A stretch of 64,000 nt of DNA from Neocallimastix sp. 'constans' (Eukaryota), in NCBI GenBank assembly GCA_050613775.1, contig JBODTK010000143.1, positions 186,001-250,000 of the forward strand. The letters run 5' to 3'. Shown here in pieces: positions 40,355-54,300 of the stretch. The translations under genes and the position numbers were made by a program. Positions within the stretch are counted from its first letter, which is position 1. Each line of letters starts with the position of its first letter. The notes beneath the pieces are model-generated. The model saw only the letters and a list, made by a program, of their open reading frames with translations, was not told the origin of the DNA and searched no databases.

Positions 40355-42193
40355 ATGGATTATAAATCCTTTAAGATAACATTTATTTCACAATTACAAG
40401 ATAATGATAAGAAATGTATTAAAACCATCAAAGAAAATGAAAGAACCATCATAGAGATATGTGGAAACCCTGACGAATTAGACAATTTTATTACTGAAAT
40501 TAATAATGTTATTTTGAAATCTAAAAAATTTAAAGTCATCGAAGAGGTTTTGTATCAACCACTCTTTAAAAAAATATTAGTCAAATTCAAAGAAAGTGAT
40601 ATATTGGTAAAAGCATGTAAACATAATGTAAATAAAAAAACGATTAATTGGATTTTAAGTATGGGAATTAATATCAATGCCAGAGATGAAGAAGGAAAAA
40701 CAGCGTTAATGTATGCGGTGGAACGATATGATTTAGTATTTTTAGTTAAAGAATTATTAGGTGATAGTAACTGTCAAAAGGAACTTTCAGATATTTATGG
40801 AAATACTGCACTATTTTATTCAACTAAAAATTTAGAACGATTTAAATTATTGATGAATGCTAATTGTAACTACAAACATAAAAATAATGATAATGAAGAT
40901 ATTTTCCTTTATTGTTGTCGATACGATAGAGATAAAATATTTAATGAATTAATATCGAAACCAGGAATTGATATTAACGCCCTTAATATAAAAGGAAAAA
41001 GTGCTGCTATGTATTGTGCAGAAAATGGAAAATATGATCAGTTAACCGTATTAGTGAGGGATAAAAAAGTGGATATCAACTATAAAAATAAATTTGATAA
41101 TTCCATCCTCTCTTCCTTTATAAAAAAGTATGATGGAATTATGCAAGGGAATGATATTAGAGTATTTAATTCTCAGATCAACTATATCAATGTTAAAAAT
41201 TATGCGTATACCCTTAAAACATTACTTGAATTAGGTTGTGATATGAATGTCCCCATCGACGATGATGGCAATGTTCCTATCATGTATTATTTAATGACAG
41301 AAGATTATGTTACTGCGTATTATCTTCTGGATAAATATCCTACGATTGATCTCTCCATCAAAAATAGGTATGGAATTAATGCCACCTATTTGAGTTTTTT
41401 CATTAAGAAGGAAGTTTTTGAAGTAATGCCTTATTCTGAAATAAAATTAATTTCCTATTCCTCATTGAAGGAACTCATTTTAAATAATAGTACTTTTGAC
41501 CTAAAATGTGTGGATTTCAATAATAATAATCTATTAATTCATAGTATTATCAGAGATGATCCTTTAGCCTTTAAAATTTTACATCGATTGGATGAAAACG
41601 ATCTATTGAACTACAATAATATGGGTGAAAATTTACTCATTTTTGTTACGAAACTAGGGAAAACGGATATTTTATATTCTATTCTTAATATTCTTAAATC
41701 AAAAAAAAAATATATTAAGGAGGCCATCAATCATCAAGATGAATTGGGTAATACTGCGCTCTTTTATGCTGTTCAACTAAAAGATATGTATGTTATTAAT
41801 CTGTTAAGGAATTTTGAGGCCGACATTTACATTAAAAATCATCAGAACCAATCACCGCTGGATTTAGCACGTTCTCTACCGGATTATGAAATGGTCGTTG
41901 AATTTTTAGAAAATAAGCCATTACCTATTAATGATAAATCATTACAAGAGAAATCCGTACGATTTAAAAGAAAAACTTCTGATGAGAAGTTAGAAGAGTA
42001 CATTAAGAATTATCGAATTAATGAAAATCAAAACAGTTATTCCTATCTGCTGAAGAATGCCTATCAACATTATCAGCCCACTCGTTATACGAATATTATG
42101 AGTCAATGGGCCTTAGAAGTGTATTATCCTAATTCTGGAATTACGATCACCACGTTCGAAATACCCTATGCATATACAACAGCTTTCGGTTAG
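40355..42193 (+). CDS. Ankyrin-repeat protein, 612 aa
   Basis: INARDEEGKTALMYAV, DIYGNTALFYS, GKSAAMYCAENG and INHQDELGNTALFYAV..SPLDLA. Confidence 0.92.
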   Translation: MDYKSFKITFISQLQDNDKKCIKTIKENERTIIEICGNPDELDNFITEINNVILKSKKFKVIEEVLYQPLFKKILVKFKESDILVKACKHNVNKKTINWILSMGININARDEEGKTALMYAVERYDLVFLVKELLGDSNCQKELSDIYGNTALFYSTKNLERFKLLMNANCNYKHKNNDNEDIFLYCCRYDRDKIFNELISKPGIDINALNIKGKSAAMYCAENGKYDQLTVLVRDKKVDINYKNKFDNSILSSFIKKYDGIMQGNDIRVFNSQINYINVKNYAYTLKTLLELGCDMNVPIDDDGNVPIMYYLMTEDYVTAYYLLDKYPTIDLSIKNRYGINATYLSFFIKKEVFEVMPYSEIKLISYSSLKELILNNSTFDLKCVDFNNNNLLIHSIIRDDPLAFKILHRLDENDLLNYNNMGENLLIFVTKLGKTDILYSILNILKSKKKYIKEAINHQDELGNTALFYAVQLKDMYVINLLRNFEADIYIKNHQNQSPLDLARSLPDYEMVVEFLENKPLPINDKSLQEKSVRFKRKTSDEKLEEYIKNYRINENQNSYSYLLKNAYQHYQPTRYTNIMSQWALEVYYPNSGITITTFEIPYAYTTAFG

Positions 42194-42224
42194 AGAGAGA
42201 AAAAAAAAAAAAAAAAAAAAAAGG

Positions 42225-42256
<32 letters not shown>

Positions 42257-42318
42257 GGAAAGAATTAAAAAAGTTTTTTATATACAAGTTTTCATTTAAA
42301 TAGTAATAATAATGTGTA

Positions 42319-42367
<49 letters not shown>

Positions 42368-42590
42368 TAAAACAATATAAAAAAAATAATAATAATAATA
42401 ACAATAATGTAAATAATAATAATAATAATAATAGTGTAAATAATAATAATTTTAAACAAATACGATGCATATCATTTATTAAAAGTCTTGTTTTTTTTTT
42501 TTTTTTTAGAAATAAAAAAAAAATGGTATATATATACGACGTATATTCAAACATTAATAGATGAGAAAATAAAATAAAAATAAATAAAAA

Positions 42591-42633
<43 letters not shown>

Positions 42634-43019
42634 TAACGTATATTTTCTTCTATCATAATCAAATAAATGAATAATATAAAAAAAAACTTTTTTATAATAA
42701 AATTATATAATTGATTATTTTTAATAATTTAGATTTATCATTAATATACCCCTTTAAAAAAAAATAAAAAAAATAAAAAAAAAAATAATCATCATCATCA
42801 TAAAAAAAAAAATAGTTTTACAGTAATGATAAACTCAAAGAGAAATAAGTATATATATATATATTCTTTTTTTTTTTTTTTTTTTTTTTTTTATAAAAAT
42901 TTACAATAAATTGAATGTTTAAATAAAAAATAGTAATACGCGAGCTTTTAAAAGATTTAAATAGAAATTACAAAATAAAGATATAAATTATATTACAATT
43001 ATATTACAATTTTTTTTTT

Positions 43020-43801
43020 TATTATAATATATTATAATAATATATTATATAAGATAAAATAAAATAATATTGGTATAATTATGTAATAATTTTTAAACTT
43101 TTTTTTTTTTTTATTTATTTTTATTGTATAAATTTATAATTTTTTTATATTTTTTATAAAAAAACTTTTCATACACTTTAAATATTATTTCAGATTTTAT
43201 TTCAGATAGGTAGTTAAAATCAAAGAATTTTCTGATAGTATTTTATATTAAAAAATAGATCCTTTTTTTTTTTTTTTTCCTTCAATTTTTCTTTTAGATG
43301 TATTTATGCAATTTAATTAATATATTTAATAAATTATTTGGATATAATATATTATAATATATTATTAATATATAATTAATAATTAAATTATATTAACTTT
43401 CTTTTTTTTTTGTTTTTTTTTTATTATTACATATTATAATAATATATTATATAAGATAAAATAAAATAATATTGGTATAATTATGTAATAATTTTTAAAC
43501 TTTTTTTTTTATTTTTTTTATTGTATAAATTTATAATTTTTTTTTTTTTTTTATAAAAAACTTTTCATATACTTTAGATGTTATTTCTGATTTTATTTCA
43601 GATAGGTAGTTAAATTAAAATCAAAGAATTTTCTGATAGTATTTTATATTAAAAAATAGATCCTTTTTTTTTCCTTCAATTTTTCTATTAATGAGGGTAA
43701 TTTATGCAATTTAATTAATATATTTAATAAATTATTTGGATATAATATATTATAATATATTATAATATATTATTAATATATAATTTATAATTAAATTATA
43801 T

Positions 43802-43810
<9 letters not shown>
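43020..43810. repeat. Local ~400-bp tandem duplication
   Basis: 43021-43400 is repeated at 43423-43805 (e.g. TTTCAGATAGGTAGTTAAA and AAAGAATTTTCTGATAGTA each occur twice). Confidence 0.9.
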
Positions 43811-43834
<24 letters not shown>

Positions 43835-44022
43835 GTTGTTGTTTTTTGTTTTAAAGTTAATTATTTAATTAAACCATTTAACTTTTTTTTTTTTTTTTAA
43901 TTAACGATTAACTTTAATGATAGGAACTTTAATATTATATATATATATATATATATTTTTTTTTTTTTTGTTTCAATAAAATGAAGATATGATACCTTTG
44001 AATTAAAATAGTATATAACTAT

Positions 44023-44986
44023 TTAAAAACAAAAATGACAAAAAGAAATAAAAAGTATAACTGGAAAGAAAGACAAAAATGGCATGAATACACCGTAAAA
44101 AATAGAGAGAGATACCATAAAACTTTTTGGACTACTAGTTGTACTAGTTGTATCAGTGTTTCCACAAGGTTTATTAAAATATTTTTCAAAACAGGTATCA
44201 ACAGTAGGTGGATATAACCCACACCATTTATTATCTACATTACCCCATGCACCATAATCATTCCTATAAAAAGAAATGGTATTATTACGGTCACAACAAG
44301 GGTAATTCAGCTTAAGTGACCAACATTCCTCTTCATTATTTTGATTCGTTTGATTATTGAAATGAGTAAGCTCTTTACTATTTTTTTCATTCATACTCAA
44401 GAAATCATCAAGTTCTTGGCTTAAAGCTTCTTGAACATATTTAGATAGATGATAACCATCTCTCCAAAAATATTCTTTTGTAATATCTTCAAGTTTTCTT
44501 TCATTATTATGATACCAATCGTCAACTGTAATGGTGAAACCAAATTTATTTTCATTTTTCATTATATAATTTAATTCATTATAAGCATTATATACAAAAA
44601 CGTTAGTTTCTGGTTTTGATTTTTGAAAATTCATAGCACTATCCGCAATCATTTTATTGAATTTTAACACTTCTTCGTCTAATCCCTTTACAGGACTGTA
44701 TATGAAATGTGGAAGTTTTTCAAGAGATGGAACATCCAAAATCAAAAAATTACGAGCTCCAAGATCATAAATCTTATTAATTATTTTAAACATACTTTTT
44801 ATAATTGATTGATCATCATCATAATCAATATCATTATCTGCTCTATTCATTATATCATTGATACCAAACCAGATACCTATTAATGACTGATCACTTCTCC
44901 AATTTGAGTGTTTTCCACCTTTACCCATATGTAAAATAAAAGCTTTATATTGTTCTGTCATTGGCAATGCATTATTACTATGAATA

Positions 44987-45024
<38 letters not shown>

Positions 45025-46130
45025 AAAAAAAAAAATATATATATACAATAAAACATAAAAATAATATAATAATAATTATAATTAATTATATAGTTATAAT
45101 AAAAAACATATATATATAAATAATGAATATAATTAATAATTAATAATAAATATGATAATAAAAATTAAAAAATCATAACATCTTCTAAAATATTTATATA
45201 ATATATATATATATATATAAAAGTATTAAATAATATATATTTATTATTTATATTTTTATTTCAAATTATATAAATAATGTAGATTTTTATAAATTTATCC
45301 ATTTAAATTATATGTTCTACAAATAATATTATATATTATATAAATATTATATAAATTATTTAATATATAATAATTATATTTTTTAATAATATATGCAAAC
45401 ATATATTATATATTTTATTTTTTAAATTTTGAAAATTTTATATATATATTTATATGGAGAAAGAGAGCTTACATATCATTGTCTACTACAGCTCCACTAC
45501 AAGCAAAATTCCACATATTCATAATACGTTTTTTAACTAAAAACAAAGGCCAATTTTTACTTTCTTCTTCATTATTACTGCTCTTTTATTATTAATTATT
45601 AATAACAATAAAAAATTATAATTTAATAAAAAAAAAAAAAAATAAAGATGAATATTGGAATTTCAATGATAATTTAAAAGATTAGTTTTATCAATAAAAA
45701 TTAAATAATTTTATCAATAATCAAATAACTAATTTTAAAATAAATAATTATTTATTATATTATATATATATATATATATATTTCTAATACTTACTTGACC
45801 GTTAAATTGTAAAGTAGAATAATCAATAGTTGCAGTTGTATAAGAATCACTGTTTAATTTATTTATATATTTGTTTATTTATTTATTTTTATTTATTTAT
45901 TTTTATATATAGGAAATTTGAATTTGAATTAGTACCACATTTTTTTTTAAAGAAATTCTAAATAATATTATTAATATTTACCCAAAAACAATTAAATCTT
46001 TAATTTCTGAATATATAAATGGATGAGTCTTTGATAAAAAAACGAAGGAACTATCCATTCCATTATTATCACTTATAACATAATCAATTAAAAAAATTAA
46101 TACTAAAATAGCAAATTTTAAATAATTCAT
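44023..46130 (-). CDS. SGNH/GDSL esterase (CE16-like) with dockerin and hydrophobic C-terminal tail; 4 exons (46130-45982, 45849-45795, 45582-45473, 44986-44023), ~425 aa
   Basis: Spliced GT-AG model gives signal peptide MNYLKFAILVLIF, block I LIVFGDSY, block II NFACSGAVVD, block III WFGIND and block V WRDGYH. Dockerin CWSLKLNYPCC..WGNVDNKWCGL. Exon phases are consistent (1278 nt). Confidence 0.88.
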
Positions 46131-46513
46131 TTTTTTTCTTTTTTATTTGATATTTTTATATTAATTGTATATTAATTCATAATTATTCTATATTAGAATA
46201 ATATAAAAATTAAATTTTTAAATTTTACTTTATGAATTTTATATTTTTTATATTTTTATATTTTTATTTTTATTTATTATATTAATTTTATGTTTTTTTT
46301 TTCATATGTATTTATATGCGTTTTTTAATTTTTATATTTTTATATTTCTTTTTTATATTAATTTTATTTTTTTTATATGTATTTATATACGTTTTTAATA
46401 AAAAGTATACATATAGAAATTATAAAATCATATATTTATATATAAATCAAATTAATTTTTTTTAATTTTGATTTTCGATTTAGTTTTGTTTTGTTACGTT
46501 TTTTTTTTTAAAG

Positions 46514-46548
<35 letters not shown>

Positions 46549-46799
46549 AAATATTTATATTAAAAATTTTATTAATCTTTTTTAATTATTTTTTATATTA
46601 AATTAAGTTTATATCAATTTAAATTAAAAAAAAAAAAAAAGAGCTTTTTTTTTTATTATTTTTTATTATTATTATTTTTTTTTTTTAATTTATATTAGTA
46701 TAATTATTATTTATTATTTATTAATAAATACTCTTTTCATTATTTATTATTAATTATTTATTATTAATTAATTATTTTTTTATTATTTATTATTTATTT

Positions 46800-47953
46800 T
46801 TCAATGATATGAACAATTTCTTTATTTTTTTGGGGAATATTATTAACTATTTTTATAACTTTATTGTTATATAGATTTGAATGTTCTTCTTTCTTCTTTG
46901 ATAGCAATTTTCCATTTTTCAGCATCCGTTTGAATTAACGTTTTGAGAATATGTATATGGTACATTTATATTAATATTCAAAATTTTAAGGTTTTTTTTT
47001 TTTTTTTTTTTTTAATGTTATTTGTCAATTCTTAATTTTCTTTATATAGGAGGTTCATTATCTGAAGCATTAGAATAATCACTATTATTATTTATGTTTC
47101 TTTTTTCTTTTCGAATTATTATTATTATAATTATTAATTTTATTACCATTTTGATTATTATTACTTATTATCATTATTGTTATTCGAATCATCATTTTCA
47201 TAAATATATATATTATTTTAATCATCAATATTATTATAATAATTATATTTGGTGTTGTTAATGATGTCATTTATATTTATTTTATTATTTTCACTTATAT
47301 ATTATTTTTATTATTTAAAGTTATTTTTTAAGTGTAAAATTATTTTCATTTCAATAATTAGTTTGAGAGTTTAGATTTTTATTTTGAATGTTATTATCAT
47401 TTCAAAAATTAATATTATAATTATAATAGTTAAGATTAGAATTAATATATATCAGAATTTTTCCTCTTCAATTAATAAATCACTAAAATTATTAATTGAA
47501 TTAATATATTTATTCAAAGAGAAAAAGATAGTATTAATAGTACATGGCATGTCTTCAATAAAGGCAAACATCCCTTGCATAGACAATAGAGTTGGTAACT
47601 ATATCTAAAATTTTTAATAGCTTAAAGAGTCATTAAAGTAACCAAAAAAAGAAAAAAAAAAAAAAAATACCAAGTTTTGTATTATTATCAAATTTATTAG
47701 ATTTAAGGGTTATTGTTAAAAAAAAAAAAAAAAAATGCTTTGCAACAGAAAATACTTTTAGATATGAAATATTAACTGGTTTGTTAAGAAGACCTCATCA
47801 AGAATTTTATTATTAATACTTTAGTGAAAATTAATATTATATAAATAGGAAACATACAAAATGACAGAATTCCAAAACTTAATAGAGAGCTTAAATGAGC
47901 TGAGGAGGGTAGTAGTACAGTAATTTAAAATTTGATTTAAACGTTCTACAGGA

Positions 47954-47992
<39 letters not shown>

Positions 47993-49420
47993 TTATAGAT
48001 AGCAAAGGAAGTGAAATGTATAAAAACTTAAAAAAATTTATGCCATTAGACTTTAAATAATCAACAAGATTGTGATTTATCTATTCCTTACCACTGTCGA
48101 TTTTCAAATTAATAATTTTATAAGGAGTTGTATTTTATAATAAATTTATGAAAGTTAACAAAAGATATGGTATACATGGCTTTTATTTTCAAAATTTAAG
48201 TAGATTTAACATTTTTTTTTAAAGAAATCATTAAGGAATGTGATATAATAATTAAAACCATTGTATATTGGTATCAAAATATTAGATAAAGGATTACTTT
48301 TTAGTAACCTTATTTATTTGGAATAGTATCAAAAATGTAAATAAATTTTCATCATCAGTATATATATTGGCAATAAATTTATTATTGTTTTTAAATATTT
48401 GTAGGCTATTTTTTTTTTTTAACGACCGCAGCAGGATTTCTCCCCAGCTGATTTGTAGGCGATCTTTATTGTTAATTTCCCCCCCCCAACGACAATTTGG
48501 CATCTATTATCAAGAATTGAATACATTGAAAGTAAATTGTTTTTTATATTTTGATGCGTATATAATGCTCATTAGATAACGTAAATTTATTATCTTTAAA
48601 ATTTCCTTTATATGTGCCAACGCATTCAGAATATCATTTGATATATTATACTTTTATTCATAGTATAATTTATATATATAAATTTTTTTTTTTTAATCGT
48701 CATATCTGTTGGTTAAGGTTGACACCTGTAACCATTAAGCGATAATCCAATGCGTTGAATTTTTGTAATTAATATTTTTTCATATGATTATAATTATTGA
48801 TGACAGAAATATTTTCTAAAAAAAACCCTCATCATTTATATCATTTGTATTGATAGTTTTTATATTGTCTTCCTCATGATTGCCTTTTTTTTCTTTTTTT
48901 TTTCTTTTTTTTTCTTTACAATATTAATATGATATTTATTTTTTTAGTTTTTATATTGTCTTCTTCATAATTTTTCATTTTATATTTATAATATTAATAT
49001 AATATTTATTTTTATAATAATTCCTTGAATTTAAATATTTTTTTTTTTATTTTTATTTTTATATTTGATTTTATTTATTATGATTGTTACCTTATTTGTT
49101 CAAAAGGCTAAATTTAAAAAAGGCTTCCTTAATATAAATATATTTTTTTCATCAAAAGACACATTCCTATGAGTCTTGTTATAATACGTCTTTATAAATG
49201 CTTTAGGTTTTAACTTTACACTCATTAGCCAATAATCTAAATTTTCTAAATTATTTCTTAATTTATCATTACTTTTTTAAGTATATAATTGTATTACTGT
49301 TTAAAATTCTCCTTTATATTATTTCTACTTATGAATTCATTATTAACATCATCTGAGTCATATCGTTTAACATGATTTTGAACATGTCTTCATTGTCTCC
49401 ATTTTTATTATTATTAGAAG
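46800..49420 (-). mobile_element. Degenerate Ty1/Copia retrotransposon (protease region, integrase, start of RT)
   Basis: In Copia order: ECVGTYKGNFKDNKFTLSN; KIDSGKE*IN..YLKSNGIN; NGPVERLNQ..FWNSV..YLYN..YLKVF; GY..ILDIVTNSIVYARDV; VPYTY..DAEKWKIAIKEE. The upstream boundary is approximate. Confidence 0.72.
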
Positions 49421-49476
49421 AACTTTCTTTATTGCTATTTTTAGTTTGTTTCATTATTACTAGTTATTATTATTAA

Positions 49477-49540
<64 letters not shown>

Positions 49541-49574
49541 TTATTATTTTATTATTTTATTATTATTATTATTA

Positions 49575-49670
<96 letters not shown>

Positions 49671-50019
49671 TTAATAATTATATTATAAAAATAATACTCT
49701 AAAAATAAAAAAAAAAAAATTAATAAATATATATATATATTATTAAATAAAATAAAAAAAAAAAAAGTTTTTATCTTTTAATATTTTTCAAATATATAAT
49801 TTTCATTACTATACTCTACATCTTTTTAATATTTTTAATGCATTTTAAAAAATAAATAATAAATAGATAATAATTAACTTGATAGTAATAATAAATAATT
49901 ATTATATTTTTTAAACATTAAAAAATATAATAATTTTAATTTTTTTTTTTTAAGATTGGGATTAATGAGAAGAAGGGGTGATAATTAAGACTCCAGTTTC
50001 TCCTTTAAAAAAAAAAAAA

Positions 50020-50450
50020 AAACTCTGCTGGCCTATCTTACCGTTTCTTCAGCATTGACGCTCTTGGTAGTAGTAGTACGATTCGATTTGAACCTATTGA
50101 ACAAAGACCATTGCTGGCCAATAGCAATAGGTATAATCGATTGAAGAAGTGCCGCAGTAACTACCAAGAATGGAGTATCAGAATAAGCACCAGATTTCAT
50201 CTGGCACTTAAATAGACCCTTCCATTTCCCTTTGTACTGTTACTAATACTTCGACCTCCAAGAAGGAAATTAAACACTTTTTCACACACATTAGAATCAA
50301 CATACACATTATTTTCAATACTATTACTAACATTACTAATACTATTACTAAAATTACTATAACTATTATTACTATTACTATTATTACTATTACTATTATT
50401 ACTGTTGCTATAATCATTATTACTATTAACAATATCATTTGTTAGGTTGC
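50020..50450 (-). pseudogene. Possible CBM18/chitin-binding protein relic with N/S-rich linker
   Basis: GC-elevated patch with GSYCGTSS.DY..C and a Thr-rich stretch; frames are broken. Confidence 0.3.
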
Positions 50451-50453
50451 CAG

Positions 50454-50745
50454 AATAAATATATAAATAATGAATAACGAATAGTTAAATAATTTAATAT
50501 TAAATGATAAATAATAAAATATTTTTATTTTTTAAAAAATTAAAAAATAAATATCAATATCAATATAATATAATATAGTTATATAAATATTAAGAGTCAG
50601 GAATTTATGGCTTATACATAGATCAAACTCTATTAATATATTTTATGATAAAGATCTAATTTTAAAAAAAGTATTTATTCTATTTATTTTTTTTTTTTAA
50701 TTTGATTTTATAATTAACAAATAAAAAAAAGTTTTTAATTTTTAT

Positions 50746-50785
<40 letters not shown>

Positions 50786-53700
50786 CTTTATTGTATTTTA
50801 ATTTTGTTTAAAATAAAAATGAATTTTATTTATTTTTATAAATATTTTTAAAGGTTTTTTTTTTATGTATATATATTTTTTAAATATTTTTTTTTGTTAT
50901 TATTATTATTATTACTTATTTTTTTTTTTTTTTTTTTTTTTGAAAAAAAATAATATATAAAAATGAAAAATAATAATAATTTTTAATAAATGAAAAGCTT
51001 TTTTTATAACAAAAAATAATAAAATATTATTTTAAAGAAGAAAAAAATAAATCTTTCAAAGATTTATATTTGCTTTTTGTTTTTTGTTTTTAATATAGTT
51101 CTATTCTTATAATATTTAAATGTTAATAATTGTTTTTAGTATTTATATGTTTTTTATATGTAAATGTATTTCTTTTATTTTATTTGATTTAATATTTACG
51201 TTAAACTACAAAATTTTTATAAACGTTTTTAGTATAACTTTCAATTTTTTTTTTTTTATTTTTTTTTTTTTTTTTATTTTTTTTTTATACTTTTGTTTTG
51301 TTTTTGTTTTTAAAAAACTATTTAATTTATTTATATAATTTTTTTTTATAAATATCGTTTGGATTAGTAGATTTATCTAAATCTATTTTTTTTAATAATA
51401 TTATATGTATATATATATATATATAAATATTATTTCTATATTTTTTTTAATATAAAAAGGATTATAGTATTATTGTTTTATTTATTTATTTTGATGAAAT
51501 AAAGAAAATCTTCCAAAAAAAATCTTCTTTAATATTTTTTTTATATATTATTTTATTTTTGTTTTGAAAATGTTTTTATTTTTAAAATGCTTACATACTA
51601 CAATTTTAAAAATGATCCATTTTCTTAAACATTTATACTTTTTTTAATCTTTTTTCTTTTTTTTTTGTATTAACTAATAATTACTATTAGTATTTTTTAT
51701 TCAATGTAAATGTAAAAAAAATTTTTTTTTTCATTTTCTATTTTATATCAGAAAAAAAAGAAAAAAAAATATAAAATAGTAATTATAATAAAAAAAAAAT
51801 TTTTTTTTTGAATTTTTTATATATAAAAGTTTTAGATTTTTTTTTTTAAAAAAAAAAAAAGAAAATCAAATATACTAATAATACTTAAAATCTTCTGTAA
51901 ACGTAGAGAGCAGCAAGAGAACAAATTGCATAGTTGAGGAAGGTCATCTTTTGTTGAGAGTTGGAAGAAGAAGCTTCTCCATATTCACCATGATTGGAGA
52001 CAATACCACAAGTGACTTCGTTAATAAGACAGGAAGCATTGTTTTCCCAACCGTAAAGAGCACCATCATTACCAGTACCAGTGACAACACAACCACTACA
52101 CCATGGGTGTGGAGTAGTGTTAATACCACAACGAGAACCAATAACTCTACAGTCTTCACCATTTTCTGTATTCCAAGTGGTGGTGTCTGGATCTATACGA
52201 GTGTATTCACAAGTACTGCAAATAAGAACACCATCTGGACCTCTTTCAAGAGCCTTTTGTTCAGACTTTGGTGGAGTAAGATTACATTTTGTGTTATCTA
52301 TGATACAGGAAGCTTGATCTTCCCAACCCCAGTAAGAACCATCACCACCAGTAGCAGTAACTTCACATTTATTACAGATAACATTACCAGAAGCATCTTT
52401 TTTGTGATTAGATACAACAGCAGAAGCTTCTGCCTTTTTTTCATCAAGTTTACCTTCACATTTAGTATTACTAATAATACAAGACTTTTCATCTTCCCAA
52501 CCCCATAAAGAATTGTCACCTCCAGTACCAGTAACAACACAACCATTACAAACTATGTTACCTTTGGCATCGGTTTCATGAGCAGCTGGAGCAGAAGTAG
52601 TGGTAGTGGTAGTTTCTTTAGCTTTAGCTTTAGTAGTAGTAGAAGAAGTTTTTTTATTTGCTGTCTTCTTTGTACTTTTTTTATATACAGTTGTTGTTTT
52701 CTTTGTACTTGTATTTTTACTTTTACTGCAACTGGATGAAATTTTACAGAAGGTACCATCTTCCCAACCCCAAAGGGAACCATCTTTACCAGTAGTAAAA
52801 ACAGTACAATCTGAACATTTACTTATTTTGGTAGCTTCAATCTTGCTAAGAAGTAAAGAAGTAGAGAGTAATAAATCAAGAGCAAATTTCATTTTCTTAA
52901 ATAAGCTTGTTTCTACTGAAAAAAAAAAAAAAAGGAAAGAAACGTAAAAGAGAAAGTAAAAAATATATATATTAAAAAATATTAATTATTTATATAATAT
53001 TTTATTGTTATTAAAATGAATATAATTTTTTTTTATAAAAAAAAAAGTAAATTTTTATTCAGTGATATTGATTTTACTTATTAAAATTATATTCTAATTG
53101 TTTATTTTTTTTTTGAATTCAATATAATAATATTAAATACAAATATTCTATTTACACTTTTTTATATATACAAAAACTTTTTTATTTTATTTTATTATTT
53201 TTTTTTATTATAAATTTAATTTGTTATCTTTCTTTTTTTTTTTTTTTTATATTTTTTTTTTATATTTTTTTTTTTAATTTTTTTAATAATTATTTTTATA
53301 ATAATTATTTTTTTTGTTTTTAATTTATTTATTAAAAAAAAAATATATTTTTTTAGTGTAATTTTTTACTCTATTTATACAAAAAAAAAAATAATAATAA
53401 TAATAAATAATAAATAATAATAGTAGTAGTTAGTAGTTGAGATAGTAATAATCATAAACTATTGGTAATCATAATAAATAACTTTTTAATTTATTAATAG
53501 AAAGTTTAGTTTATATAAAAATTTAGACAATCATTACACAATATTTAATATTTTTTACTATTCAACAGAATTATATTAAAATGGAATATTAAATAAAAAT
53601 AAAAATAAATAAAACTATTAATTAGAGTTCAACTAATATTTATAGTTTACTTTTTTTTTTTTTTTAATATAATATATATAATAAATTATTTTTAATATAA

Positions 53701-54300
53701 TAATTTTTAATTTTTTTTATACAATATTTTTAAATTTTAATAATAATATTATTATTTATTATTATTCAATTATTTAATTATTATTTATTATTTATTATTT
53801 ATTATTCCATTATTTATTATTATTTATTATTTATTATTTAATTATTTATTATTTATTAAAATTTATTATTTATTATTATTTATTATTATTTATTATTTAT
53901 TATTTATTATTTATTATTTTTTTTTTTAATATAATGATTTAATATATTTTTAATTTTAATTTTTTTTTTAGTAGTTTTAATAGTTTTAATATAAAATTTT
54001 TTTTATTATTGTAAATATTTATAAATATTTATAGTAATTATTATGACTATTTAACTTTTTTCAATTTCATTTCAACTTTTTATTTTATTATTTCAGTTAT
54101 TAATAAATATTTAATACTAAAAAGATTTATTAATATTATTATTATTATTATTATTAATACTATTATTATCATTTAATAATACTATTCCATTATTTATATT
54201 ATTATTCCATTATTTATATTATTATTTAATTATTTATAATTATTTTATTTAATTAATTCTATTATTTCAATATTTATTATTCCATTATTCCATCATTTAA
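50454..54300. repeat. Recent duplication copy A; partner at 60277-64000 (runs off the right edge), offset ~9.8 kb
   Basis: The gene and both flanks are near-identical, differing mainly in homopolymer lengths. Confidence 0.95.
51885..52892 (-). CDS. Secreted non-catalytic protein with five CBM10/dockerin-like Cys-Trp repeats and a putative GPI signal, 335 aa
   Basis: Signal peptide; repeats CxxCxVTxTGxDxxxWGWExxxxCxIxxxxC; K/T-rich linker; C terminus ASSSNSQQKMTFLNYAICSLAALYVYRRF. Confidence 0.88.
   Translation of the reverse strand: MKFALDLLLSTSLLLSKIEATKISKCSDCTVFTTGKDGSLWGWEDGTFCKISSSCSKSKNTSTKKTTTVYKKSTKKTANKKTSSTTTKAKAKETTTTTTSAPAAHETDAKGNIVCNGCVVTGTGGDNSLWGWEDEKSCIISNTKCEGKLDEKKAEASAVVSNHKKDASGNVICNKCEVTATGGDGSYWGWEDQASCIIDNTKCNLTPPKSEQKALERGPDGVLICSTCEYTRIDPDTTTWNTENGEDCRVIGSRCGINTTPHPWCSGCVVTGTGNDGALYGWENNASCLINEVTCGIVSNHGEYGEASSSNSQQKMTFLNYAICSLAALYVYRRF

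Noticed and set aside
51944..52947. Overlapping alternative-frame and antisense ORFs (also 61743-62752, 14520-14786, 30422-30791)
   Set aside because: Shadows of real genes caused by codon bias or low complexity.
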